Virus record (IMG/VR): IMGVR_UViG_2718218293_000003
DNA length: 64,000 nt
DNA from: a virus
Strand: one strand, 5' to 3'
Each line of letters opens with the position of its first letter. Position 1 is the stretch's first letter. A program made the translations under genes and the position numbers. The notes under the pieces were generated by a model. That model worked only from the letters and a program-made list of their open reading frames with translations, did no database searches and was not told the origin of the DNA. Shown here in pieces: positions 36,555-46,079 of this stretch.

Positions 36555-38232
36555 GAGGCTGTGTGGAAACGGCCATCGATTTGCAACACACTCGATCGCC
36601 TCCGAGTCCTGCCTTGTTTTGCTGATTCCGCGGTCAATTCAGCGACGACGATCGACTGAACGGCTCTGATGCCTTCCGGAGCGTTGTTTTTTTGGGCCGT
36701 TCTGGAGGCGCAATGGGTGGGGCTTACCCACCCACCAGCCGCATCGCCTTCATCGTTCTCGAGAAGCCCAGAATTCGCAGTACACGCTTGAGGTTATAAG
36801 CCAGAACATGCAGGCTCATCTCGGTACCGACGTTGGCCAGCGTGCGCGTCAGGAAGTGTGTGTAGCCCATCCAGTGCTTGAACGTTCCGAAGACATGCTC
36901 AACGGTTTGCCTGCGTAGCGTCATCGCATCCGGAGTCCTGTCGAGTCGACGTTGGACCGCCTCCAGCACCGACTCATGCTCCCATCGGGTGATTCGCCGA
37001 TACTGACTCGGCGTGCATTGCGGCTTCATGGGGCACTGAGGACAGGAACTGCTCCAGTAGCGGCGTAGTTGCATGCCATGTTCCTCGCTGGTGAAGCGGT
37101 AAATCGCACGTTGGCCGGCGGGGCATTCGTATTCGTCATCTCGGGCAATGTAGATGAAGTCGGCCCTATCGAATCGGCCATCGGCCTTTGCATTGGATGT
37201 CGTGGGCTTGGGCAAGATCGTGGCAATGCCGGCGTCCGCGCACGCCTTGATCTGGGGGCCACTGAAGTAGCCACGATCCGCGATTGCTCGGAGCCTGGCC
37301 TTACCCATGGCATCGCGAGCGGCTTGAGCCATGGGACTGAGCTGCGCTCGGTCGCTGCCTGCATTTGTGACCTCGTGCGCGACGATGAGATGGTGCCTGG
37401 CGTCCACAGCAACCTGCACGTTGTAGCCCACCATTCCTGAGCCTTTGCCGCTTGTCGCCATGGAGCGCGCATCGGGATCCGTCATCGAGAGCTGGCCATC
37501 AGGCTGTGTCTTGAGTTGCTCCCTGACCTGGTCAAGGCTACGCATCTGCTCGCGCAGTTGCACGATCTTGTCCCGCAGTCGAGTCGTCTTGGCTTCCAAC
37601 TCGGCTGGCTGCGTACGATCGGCTGTCTCCAGGGCGTGCAGGTATCGCTGAATGCTCTCCTCGATCTGCTGCTGGCGCTTATCAACCTTGCCCGCTGTGA
37701 AGTTACGGTCGCGAGTGTTGACTGCTTTGAACTTGCTACCGTCGATGGCGACCAGCGCTTGCGAGAACAGCTTGAGATCGCGGCACAGAACGACGAAGCG
37801 GCGACAAACATTGCGAATGCCGGTGCTGTTGTCCCGGCGGAAGTCGGCGATCGTCTTGAAGTCCGGCGCCAGACGACCCGTAAGCCACATCAACTCGACG
37901 TTGCGTTGGCATTCGCGTTCCAGACGACGACTCGACTGAACACGGTTTAGGTAGCCGTAGATGTAGATCTTCAACAGCACCGCTGGATGATAGGACGGAC
38001 GGCCTGTAGCCGAAGGTGTGGATCCTTCGAACCCGAGAGAGCCCAGATCGAGCTCTTCAACAAACGCGTCAATGATCCTGACTGGATTGTCCTCGGCAAC
38101 AAAGTCATCGAGGCATTCTGGAAGCAGCGTCACCTGCTTGCGGTCTTCGCCTTCTATGAATCGCTTCATCCGACCACCTAACCTGAATGCGTTGCTCCAG
38201 TCTAGGCGACCGGGGCGTTTTCACACAGCCTC
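36555..38232 (-). mobile_element. IS1182-family element (1678 bp)
   Basis: IRs GAGGCTGTGTGGAAACG / CGTTTTCACACAGCCTC; GGTC duplication on both sides. Confidence 0.9.
36724..38169 (-). CDS. IS1182-family transposase (481 aa)
   Basis: PDFKTIADFR, AIDGSKFKA, ADRGYFS, CPQCPMKPQC, RRQTVEHVFG. Confidence 0.93.
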   Translation of the reverse strand: MKRFIEGEDRKQVTLLPECLDDFVAEDNPVRIIDAFVEELDLGSLGFEGSTPSATGRPSYHPAVLLKIYIYGYLNRVQSSRRLERECQRNVELMWLTGRLAPDFKTIADFRRDNSTGIRNVCRRFVVLCRDLKLFSQALVAIDGSKFKAVNTRDRNFTAGKVDKRQQQIEESIQRYLHALETADRTQPAELEAKTTRLRDKIVQLREQMRSLDQVREQLKTQPDGQLSMTDPDARSMATSGKGSGMVGYNVQVAVDARHHLIVAHEVTNAGSDRAQLSPMAQAARDAMGKARLRAIADRGYFSGPQIKACADAGIATILPKPTTSNAKADGRFDRADFIYIARDDEYECPAGQRAIYRFTSEEHGMQLRRYWSSSCPQCPMKPQCTPSQYRRITRWEHESVLEAVQRRLDRTPDAMTLRRQTVEHVFGTFKHWMGYTHFLTRTLANVGTEMSLHVLAYNLKRVLRILGFSRTMKAMRLVGG

Positions 38233-38358
38233 GGTCGTTTAGCGACGCTGCCCCCGCAGCAGGTCGGCGAGGAACCCCAAGATTCGCCTGGCCTGATTGC
38301 TATCGAAGCTTGGCTAGAGGGCCGTTTGCCCTGTGAAGCCGGTGATGCATCACTGCAG

Positions 38359-39333
38359 TTACCCCAGCCACTCCCTGTCCCCGTCGGGAATGATGAGTGC
38401 GTAGCGGTCGTCATCTCGCAGATAGCGGATGAAGGTCTTGTAGGCGACCAGGTTCCGGTCGAACTCTTTGCTCGGGGAGAACCGTTGCGCCTGCGAGCCA
38501 CAAGCGGTCTTGAGCGCCTCCTTGCCCATCTCGTGATCGAGATCACTGATCAGGGCGAGCAGTATCGCCTGCTGGCGCGGCTCCAGCGTATATTCGGCGC
38601 CCTCGATGAAGGCTTTGCCCAGCGTGCGCACGTAGCGCAGAGTAGTCTGCCCCCTCGCCTGCGGTTGAGCCTCTTCAACCTGCTGCGCCCCCAACTCAGC
38701 CTGCCGGTCCGCAAAGAACTCGAAGCGGCTCTGGCCAATCCGCGCGACACTGCGAAGCGTGCGCACGTCGAAGCCCGTCAGCGGTGAGCCGATGGGCAAT
38801 GGGAGGTCGCTGCTGGTCAGCACCACGCAGGAAGCGCCAGTGCGCTCGAGCTGGATCTGCTCGCGCAACCGCGCACCGACCTCCGGCCGCCCAAGCTGTC
38901 GGGCGAAATACCACGTCAGCGGCTTACCTCGCGTCGGCTCCGTCGTGCCCAACCGCCATACCCGATCGGGCTCAATGACTTTCATGCCGCCGGCGTTCAT
39001 CCCCAGCCCGCTCAACACGGCTGCGACGGCCCGCGCCGGCACCGCCTTGTACGTTTCCCGCAGACGACGCGACGCGTCAACATCCTCGCATTCCGGGCAA
39101 AGCAGTGCGATCCGGTCGGCCGACACATCGCGCACCACCCGTGCGAGTTCCGAGCAGCACTCCGGACAGTTGACCCAGTCCAGCGGGTGGCCTACCACCA
39201 GCAGCCGCTCGCGCAGCAGATGCGTCGCAGCCTCCGCCCCCGCGTCGAACAGGGCCTGGCCGTTGTATTCGGGCTTATCGCGCTCCAGCAGCCGGCATAG
39301 CAACACCGTGGCATCAACCTGAGCCTGACTCAT
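38359..39333 (-). CDS. Zinc-ribbon plus C-terminal winged-helix protein
   Basis: CPEC...CPEC; C-terminal EYTLEPRQQAILLALI resembles an OmpR-type wHTH. Confidence 0.7.
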   Translation of the reverse strand: MSQAQVDATVLLCRLLERDKPEYNGQALFDAGAEAATHLLRERLLVVGHPLDWVNCPECCSELARVVRDVSADRIALLCPECEDVDASRRLRETYKAVPARAVAAVLSGLGMNAGGMKVIEPDRVWRLGTTEPTRGKPLTWYFARQLGRPEVGARLREQIQLERTGASCVVLTSSDLPLPIGSPLTGFDVRTLRSVARIGQSRFEFFADRQAELGAQQVEEAQPQARGQTTLRYVRTLGKAFIEGAEYTLEPRQQAILLALISDLDHEMGKEALKTACGSQAQRFSPSKEFDRNLVAYKTFIRYLRDDDRYALIIPDGDREWLG

Positions 39334-40616
39334 GCGATTGCGGCCCCCCTGGGCACCAGCGCGGCCTCGTCCTCCGCGTCGATCACCATCAGCGCCTGCA
39401 GAACCTTGCGGGCCAGCACCTGGTTTCTCAGCGACAGGTTTTTGATAGTAGACACGCCCGAAGCACGGATGTTGAAGCTGAAGTGGCCGGCGCGGCCGCC
39501 ATCGGCCACCTGCGTGTAGACGATGACGGTCGCAGCGTCGAGGTGATATTCAGCCTCGAACATATGCTCGACTTTGAGCGCCGCGCGGGCGATGCGGATT
39601 GCGTCACCCTGGGCCTTGTCGGGGGAAGCCTCGACGGTGAAGCTAACGCCCGCGATGCCCACTGGCGTCAGGCGTGCGCGGCGCAGACGGACCATTTCCA
39701 CGCCGTAGGCCGACCAGTCCTCGTAGGGCTGCAGGCCGTCACGCAAAGCGTTGAGGTGGTAGCGCTGCGGCTCGATCCGCTCGGGGGCAAGATCCTGCTG
39801 GACGACATGCTTGCCAAACAACTCCAGCATCGCGGTGTGGTTCTTGGCGCCGCCCTTGACGACGGTTTCCACTTCGCCGGTCACCGGATGGTAGACCAGC
39901 GCCGACTCCAGCGCGACGCGTGTGGTGACGCGGGTGAAATGGCTCTGCGAGAAGTGTGTCAGCGCGGTCACCGGCCCCTCGACATAGAGGGTCAGTTGGA
40001 AACTGGACATGGCACTCGACACGCCTGAAGCGCATCGCCGTTCGGAGAGCTCGATATGCACGCCGTCGCCGCCGCCGGACTTCTTGTATAGCTGCGCCAC
40101 GGCGTGGCAGAACTGTTCAAGCCGCGTGCGTTCGTGCGTCAGCTCGAGGCCGCGCTGGATGCGATGTTTCTTCCAGAACTTGCCGTTGGTCTTGGCCCGG
40201 AAGGCCAGGTGCAGTTCAACGTCGCGGAAAATCTTGTCGCGGAATGCCAGCATCCACAGCGCGATCTCTCGCTCGTCACGGGAGGCGAACGCCTCCAGCG
40301 CTTTTGGATCGTCCTGACATGCGCTCCGGAACTCGGCCACGGCAAGACCGTTGGCCATCAGGTGAATCCGCCGCAAGTCGTCGGTCCACAGTAGCAGATG
40401 ATGCTCCAGCGCTTCGCGGTCGCGTTGCGGGAGATCGGTGGCGGCAAGCTGATGCTCCAAGGCGTCTACAGCGTCACAGAGTGCCTCGGACAACGTATCG
40501 GCCGGCGCGGACCAGTCCACCACGAGACGCGGCGCCAGTACATGGGCCTGCACGAACTCGTGCAGCGAACTCGCCGCGATATGCCTCAGAAAATGCCGGG
40601 CATTGAAAACCTTCAC
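39330..40616 (-). CDS. Conserved prophage hypothetical protein (428 aa), translationally coupled to the downstream gene
   Basis: Long ORF with ATGA overlap at 39330-39333. Confidence 0.75.
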   Translation of the reverse strand: MKVFNARHFLRHIAASSLHEFVQAHVLAPRLVVDWSAPADTLSEALCDAVDALEHQLAATDLPQRDREALEHHLLLWTDDLRRIHLMANGLAVAEFRSACQDDPKALEAFASRDEREIALWMLAFRDKIFRDVELHLAFRAKTNGKFWKKHRIQRGLELTHERTRLEQFCHAVAQLYKKSGGGDGVHIELSERRCASGVSSAMSSFQLTLYVEGPVTALTHFSQSHFTRVTTRVALESALVYHPVTGEVETVVKGGAKNHTAMLELFGKHVVQQDLAPERIEPQRYHLNALRDGLQPYEDWSAYGVEMVRLRRARLTPVGIAGVSFTVEASPDKAQGDAIRIARAALKVEHMFEAEYHLDAATVIVYTQVADGGRAGHFSFNIRASGVSTIKNLSLRNQVLARKVLQALMVIDAEDEAALVPRGAAIA

Positions 40617-40950
40617 TGCGACAACCCCACCTGCTGTAGCGAATACACGCGCCTCGCGGCGAACGGGCGTCGCTACTGATACACCCGCTTATTCCAATAT
40701 GGCGGGACATTCTAGGGCTGCGCCCCACAGCAGATCCTCAGGAATTCCTCACAACAAGCAAGAACAAAAGCAAATCGCAAGACATGAAAGGCGGAGACCG
40801 TACAACCCGAAGGCTGCCTGCTCCGCCCGCGACTGAGAGAGCGACTGCTATAGCTTCGCGACGTTCAGCCTCCACGCCGCTGACACGCCACCTTCAGACA
40901 CGCATACATGGCAGCTCGGCCCAAACGACTCGACCAAAACCACCCGCGAG

Positions 40951-42057
40951 TCACGACTCCAGGGCATGTCGAATTTTTCGCGCTCTTGATGCCTCGATCG
41001 AGATATTACGAGGTCTGAAGCCATGCCTGTCAGAGAACGCCTCCATACGTTCTTCCAGAGACTCTGCCCCATCCTTGTTGCTACCAGTACTAACGTCCGT
41101 TTCCAGGCTGCCAGGTTGTCTTTTCTCGACTCCTTTAAGCGTCTCAGAGGAGTGCGCATGCTTGTAGAACACGGGTGGAAGCACGCCCCACCCCTTAATC
41201 AGATAGATACCCTGGTTGCGGTAGAGCCCCCGATCAAAAGGACCGTACTTTTTATCCTGAACACCGTTGTCAGCGATGGTCCCGTACGCGGCCAAGTTCT
41301 CATGCCACTGATCGAAAGTCGTCCTGCGCTCCTGATAAGCAACAAGCGCAAAATCCAGTGCAAAGGCAACACAGTCTGAAAGGGACTTTTGCGCCTCTGC
41401 TTCGATCACGACCATCCTGCATTGGGAGCCGAGGTTATACCTCAGCGCACTCGCTAGCTCGGTATAGCCCGGCAAATTTTCCTGATTACCCGCTGAGGCC
41501 GGCTCCAAGATAATGACAGTGGTTCGCCCATCTTCGTGATGCCGGACATCTGCTGCGAAGTGGTGAAGGTTCGGGTAGTCTCGCACCACAGCACGCTCTG
41601 CCCGTCCCGAGCCCTGTCCTGCAACGAGGGATGCCACAAACGCATCCTTCGAATTGAACGCCTCGAGGTTCAGGTTGTTGTACCGGTAGGACCGCACGAT
41701 GGTGTCGAGGTGCCGGATGTCCAGATTGGTTTCCATGACGGACGGCTGAGTATGGCTCGCGAGGTTGCTCAGCGTTGTCTCCGCGTAGGCAATGAACTCG
41801 GGATCCACCCCCCTTTCGCGTGCGCTCTGGATTGACTCGGCCAGCGCTTCCGCTTTCCTGCGAGGTCGGCTCGGCAACTCGCTCAGGTCAGGATGATTGC
41901 GAGAACGAGAACGGACCGGAGATGGGCTTCGCGAGCTCTCCGGGGACGAATTGCGTGAACTCTCCGGCGTTGCAGCTGCGGGGGAGGTTGTGTCCGTTGT
42001 GGGTGTATACGTCCTAGTCGGTTGACTGACGCCCAATGCTCTAAATAGTCTTCTCAT
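40951..42057 (-). CDS. ripP1: YopJ-family effector PopP1/RipP1, intact
   Basis: 368 aa; MRRLFRALGVSQP..., LHHFAAD, ILEPA, QKSLSDC (H/E/C triad). Confidence 0.88.
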   Translation of the reverse strand: MRRLFRALGVSQPTRTYTPTTDTTSPAAATPESSRNSSPESSRSPSPVRSRSRNHPDLSELPSRPRRKAEALAESIQSARERGVDPEFIAYAETTLSNLASHTQPSVMETNLDIRHLDTIVRSYRYNNLNLEAFNSKDAFVASLVAGQGSGRAERAVVRDYPNLHHFAADVRHHEDGRTTVIILEPASAGNQENLPGYTELASALRYNLGSQCRMVVIEAEAQKSLSDCVAFALDFALVAYQERRTTFDQWHENLAAYGTIADNGVQDKKYGPFDRGLYRNQGIYLIKGWGVLPPVFYKHAHSSETLKGVEKRQPGSLETDVSTGSNKDGAESLEERMEAFSDRHGFRPRNISIEASRARKIRHALES

Positions 42058-42236
42058 CGTTGCGAGACTCCACTTCTAACCGTTCTCTTGTTGGACAAAT
42101 AGCCCACAAGCAAAATGGCGGCTGGTGGCTTAGCACAGTGCAGGACCAACCACGCACCCCATTCTGCATGCTGAAAAACGGCGGTTGACGAGTCCCGATT
42201 TTTGGCGGGATATTTGCCAAGCACCCATCGTCCACA

Positions 42237-42260
42237 CGAACTTACATCCAGCTTAGCGAA
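42237..42260 (-). promoter_or_regulatory. hrpII box of popP1
   Basis: Plus strand CGAA-CTTACATCCAGCTTAG-CGAA (N16), 180 nt upstream of the ATG. Confidence 0.82.
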
Positions 42261-42466
42261 ATAACGCCAAGGCGTTCGGCAAAACACATCTGCTTTCGCA
42301 TGCAGATAGCTCTGGAACGCTGACCTCACCGCATCATTGCCCACCTCCTGCGTTGACATGCCATTGGTATGCAGGCCACCGCAACTCTTGCAAGAGTGAT
42401 TCTGCGTTCGATCCCGAAATCCACCACCAGTCACAGTTGCAAAGAGCCGCTCTTTGCACTCCGATC

Positions 42467-42500
42467 AACCCCGCCAGGCCCCAAGCCTGGCGGGGTTTTT
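42467..42500 (+). terminator. Rho-independent terminator
   Basis: AACCCCGCCAGGC-loop-GCCTGGCGGGGTT followed by a T-run. Confidence 0.75.
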
Positions 42501-42716
42501 CACTTCTGTTTGCGGACTTGGCACCCACCCTGGGGGGCCGTTTTCTGGCGTTTTCTCCCCATTTCCCTCTCTCTTTCTCTACCCCTTGCGGACGTGCAAA
42601 GCCCAAAGTCCGCAAGGCGAAGTCCCAAAAAATCAGTGACTTAGGCAACACGCCAGACCCCGGATTTTTTTCCGGCATAGGTCAGCATCTCCAAACCGGA
42701 GAAAAAGAGAACCCAC

Positions 42717-43193
42717 TCAAGTCAGCGCAACCGCACGTGTTTTGTTGCCACGCGCCTTCGCCACCACCTCGTCGATCCGCCGACGCTGCGCCTCCCAACA
42801 CTGCGGGGTGTCCGCGGCTAGGTCGAACAGCGCGATCTCCTCGGGCAACGTCTCGTTCAGGATCGCGGCCTGAATGTCCGGCGCCAACGTCGTCAGATTG
42901 ATCATGCGGCTGACATAGCTGCGATCCACTTTCTCCTGAGTTGCCAGCTCGGCAATGTTGCGCGCCTGCCCACTTTCGATCTGCCGCAGCCAACGATGGC
43001 CACGGGTCAGCGCCACCTGCAGGGCTGTCGGCGCCCGCGTTTCCCCGAGCGTGGAACCGATGCCCTGCGGCACCACCACCTGTCGCCGGCCGCTGTAGCG
43101 GCGCACGCGAATCGGGATAGAAACCGTGATGCCACCGTCGTCCGTATGCAACACCATCGACTCCCCAGGAAATTCCAGCGTCGTGCGCCTCAT
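42717..43193 (-). CDS. Small protein downstream of the recombinase (HTH-like)
   Basis: SIPIRVRRYSGRRQVV...LTRGHRW...YVSRMINLTTLAPDI; coupled to the recombinase stop. Confidence 0.7.
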   Translation of the reverse strand: MRRTTLEFPGESMVLHTDDGGITVSIPIRVRRYSGRRQVVVPQGIGSTLGETRAPTALQVALTRGHRWLRQIESGQARNIAELATQEKVDRSYVSRMINLTTLAPDIQAAILNETLPEEIALFDLAADTPQCWEAQRRRIDEVVAKARGNKTRAVALT

Positions 43194-44572
43194 GCCAGGG
43201 CCTCCCCTGCAGCGGCCGGCACGGATTTCCCACCGGCGGCGCGCACCACGTCCAGCGCAAAATGCTCGATGCCATTGCGGTGCAACTGCACCCGCAGTTC
43301 CTGCTGCGACACAACGACGCGCTCGACCAGCAACTGCACGATGCGGTGCTGCTCCAGTGGGAACAGGTTCTCCCACACGATGTCGATGCGGGACAGCGCC
43401 ACAGCGACCTGCATTTCGGTCATGTTCCGGCTGTCGTTGCTCCCTGCGACCTCCCGCCAAACCCGGGCGACCATTTCCGGCGCGCGCAATATGCCCCGCA
43501 ACTGCGCCACCACGGCTTCGTCGACCTCGCCCGCCGGCAGCATTCTGACGTCGGACGCACCATACCCTTCCTGGGCATCGCGGGTCGACAGGTAGTACCG
43601 ATACAGCCGGCCGCCACGTCCCTTGGTCGAGTGCGGCGTCATCGCCCGCCCGTCCGCCGTGAAGATCAACCCCTTGAGCAGCGCCGGACGCTCGCTGCGA
43701 ATCTGGCCGCGGCTCACACCGGCCGGCTTGCTCGTCAGTGACTGCTGCACGGCGTCCCATTGTTCCTGCGTCACGATGAGCTCGTGCTCGCCGGCATAGC
43801 TGATTCCCTTGTGCCGGATCTGGCCCAGGTAGACCGGGTTGTTCAGAATCTTGTACAGCGCGCCCTTGTCCATCAACTTGCCCGCCCGGTCGTTACCAGA
43901 CTGCGCCACCCACGACTTGGTCATCACGCCTTCGTGACGCAGCCGCTGAACGAACAGTGTCGTCGACGTTGCGCGCGGAAACTCGGCAAACAGGCGGCGC
44001 ACCACCATAGCCTCCGCCTCGTTGACAATCAGCTTACGGTGGAGCACGTCATAGCCCAGCGGGGGCACACCGCCCATCCACATGCCCTTGCGTTTGCTCG
44101 CCGCGATCTTGTCGCGGATGCGTTCGCCCGTCACCTCGCGCTCGAATTGCGCGAAGGACAGCAGCACATTCAGCATCAGCCGCCCCATCGAGGTGGTCGT
44201 GTTGAACTGCTGGGTAACCGACACGAAGGACACGTCGTAGCGTTCGAACACCTCGACCATCTTCGAGAAGTCCGCCAGGCTGCGGGTCAGCCGGTCGATC
44301 TTGTAGACCACGACGATATCGATGAGGCCGCGCTCAATGTCCGCCAGCAGACGCTTCAGACCCGGCCGCTCCATGTTGCCGCCGGAGTATGCGGGATCGT
44401 CGTAGTCGTCCGCCACCGGAATCCAGCCCTCGGCGCGCTGGCTGGCGATGTAGGCGTGACCCGCGTCACGCTGCGCATCGATCGAGTTGAAGTCCTGATC
44501 GAGCCCTTCGTCCGAGGACTTACGGGCGTAGACCGCGCAGCGCCGGCGCTTCCTGCTTGCGTCAAGGCTCAT
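43190..44572 (-). CDS. Large serine recombinase (prophage integrase)
   Basis: CAVYARKS (catalytic Ser), YKIDRLTRS, ILNNPVYLG, HELIVT, and RYY in the degenerate zinc-ribbon region. Confidence 0.92.
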   Translation of the reverse strand: MSLDASRKRRRCAVYARKSSDEGLDQDFNSIDAQRDAGHAYIASQRAEGWIPVADDYDDPAYSGGNMERPGLKRLLADIERGLIDIVVVYKIDRLTRSLADFSKMVEVFERYDVSFVSVTQQFNTTTSMGRLMLNVLLSFAQFEREVTGERIRDKIAASKRKGMWMGGVPPLGYDVLHRKLIVNEAEAMVVRRLFAEFPRATSTTLFVQRLRHEGVMTKSWVAQSGNDRAGKLMDKGALYKILNNPVYLGQIRHKGISYAGEHELIVTQEQWDAVQQSLTSKPAGVSRGQIRSERPALLKGLIFTADGRAMTPHSTKGRGGRLYRYYLSTRDAQEGYGASDVRMLPAGEVDEAVVAQLRGILRAPEMVARVWREVAGSNDSRNMTEMQVAVALSRIDIVWENLFPLEQHRIVQLLVERVVVSQQELRVQLHRNGIEHFALDVVRAAGGKSVPAAAGEALA

Positions 44573-45066
44573 GCACCGGTCCCCTTGCGCTGTTTCTTCG
44601 CGCCATCCCGCAGACCGAAGAACGCCGGCCCCGACCAGCGCGTCCCCGCGATTTCGCAGGCGATCGCGGTCAGGCTGCTGTAGGGCTTGCCGTTGTATTC
44701 GAACTCACCATTCGGCATGGCCACAACGCAGTGGGTCTGGCCCATGAAGTCCCGGGTCAGCACTGTGCCCGGTGCCAACCGAACGAGTTCACCTCGCCCA
44801 GCCTTCTGCGCCGGCTTGATCTGCTCAAGCAACGCATCGATGCGCATCTTGTTGCTCGCCAGCAGTTGCGGCTGCTTCTGCGCCATCTCCAGCTCCTGCA
44901 GTCGGAAAGCGATGCGCCGCTCGACGTAGCTACGGTTGTGGGTTGGCAGGGGTATATCGAATAGCTGCGACCACAGTATTTTGAGCTCGGCAAATGGCGT
45001 GTCCGGCAGCCGCGCCACGCGGGCGGCGATACTGGACTTGGTGGGTCGCGATGTGGATGTCGTCAT
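44569..45066 (-). CDS. DUF2924-like protein (candidate recombination directionality factor)
   Basis: RIAFRLQE...PGTVLTR...SLTAIACEIAGTRWSGPAFFGL, coupled to the recombinase. Confidence 0.82.
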   Translation of the reverse strand: MTTSTSRPTKSSIAARVARLPDTPFAELKILWSQLFDIPLPTHNRSYVERRIAFRLQELEMAQKQPQLLASNKMRIDALLEQIKPAQKAGRGELVRLAPGTVLTRDFMGQTHCVVAMPNGEFEYNGKPYSSLTAIACEIAGTRWSGPAFFGLRDGAKKQRKGTGA

Positions 45067-45306
45067 TCAAACTCCTTGCTGTTGTTTGACAGCTGCCGCC
45101 CGGGCGGCCTTGCGGACTCGGGCAGCAGGGTTTGAATGAACGCGCTGTGGCGGCGAGAAGCCAAGGTCTTCTTGGTTCTCTCTGACGTCGTGGGGATTGG
45201 GTTGCGCTCGTAGCCGGACAAGCGCCCGCGCGAGGGTGGCCGCAACTTCCGCGACCCGCGCCTCGGCGCTCATGCTGCTTGGATCGAGAGGGGTAAAGGG
45301 TTTCAT
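45067..45306 (-). CDS. Small ORF upstream of DUF2924 that overlaps motif copy 5
   Basis: 79 aa; its LGFSPPQRVH segment is the translation of the DNA motif. Confidence 0.4.
   Translation of the reverse strand: MKPFTPLDPSSMSAEARVAEVAATLARALVRLRAQPNPHDVRENQEDLGFSPPQRVHSNPAARVRKAARAAAVKQQQGV
45136..45165 (-). promoter_or_regulatory. Repeated upstream motif, copy 5 (recombinase operon)
   Basis: Minus strand CTTGGCTT-CTCGCCG-CCACAGCGCGTTCAT, 70 nt upstream of the DUF2924 ATG. Confidence 0.75.
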
Positions 45307-45534
45307 GGATAGCAGTCCTTCATCACAAAATCAGTGGATGAAAGTCTGCTGTTCCATGAGCCGGCACGCCATCACAGAATCGGCAAGCGTTGATGGCGAA
45401 TGACAACGATGCACCTCTGATCAGCAAACCTAGGCACATTTCGTCTCACAATCAGGTCCGCACAGCTTCTCTGCCTACAGGGATAAAGCGAGGGCACCCG
45501 CTTTGATGCCGGCAAAAAGACGTCAGGCAAGAGG

Positions 45535-45561
45535 AAAGCCCAACCGAGAACGGTTGGGCTT
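45535..45561 (-). terminator. Rho-independent terminator
   Basis: AAGCCCAACCG-loop-CGGTTGGGCTT followed by TTTCCTCTT on minus. Confidence 0.6.
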
Positions 45562-45744
45562 CCGGCAACTGGTGGTGGACCGAACTCGCGTCTGATCTCT
45601 GAACTGGTGTCCGTCAGTTTGCGCAATAGTCCAGGTTTCCCATGCCTCCCGGGTATGGGCGAGAACACGCTTCTCCCTGCGATGAGAGTGCCCTTCGTCA
45701 GTGCATTCTGTGTGCTGTGCAACGCATGACCGCAGTCACCCTCG

Positions 45745-45975
45745 TCAGCGTCGGGACCGTTCCGATGGTTCGGCTTCCGGCGCACTGCTCAAGATGGTCT
45801 GACAGGTTTGGCAGCGGAACTTCCGTACCCGTCTCTCGTACGGCAAGTGCGTCGAACCCTGGGCGTAGCCAAAGAAGGTGACTTGGCGCATGTCCTGACA
45901 GCCCGAACAAAACAAAATGGGCGCTGCCGGTTTGAGCCCCAGCCGCACCATCGCCTCATAGTGACCGCTGACCAA
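45745..45975 (-). CDS. Small zinc-ribbon protein
   Basis: CSGC...CQTC; directly downstream of the DUF746-like gene. Confidence 0.45.
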   Translation of the reverse strand: MVSGHYEAMVRLGLKPAAPILFCSGCQDMRQVTFFGYAQGSTHLPYERRVRKFRCQTCQTILSSAPEAEPSERSRR

Positions 45976-46079
45976 ATCTTAGCGTAGGGCGTTAGTGAAG
46001 CGTCCGCCGAAGTGGATGGATGGCCGTCTGGCGATGACATAGGGCGGAGCAGCAGGGACAACGAGTTGTTCAGGATGGA

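Noticed and set aside
42395..42431. tRNA or tmRNA gene
   Set aside because: It has GTTCGATCCC and a CCA-like end, but the T-stem does not pair and no cloverleaf forms. Kept only as a possible relic.
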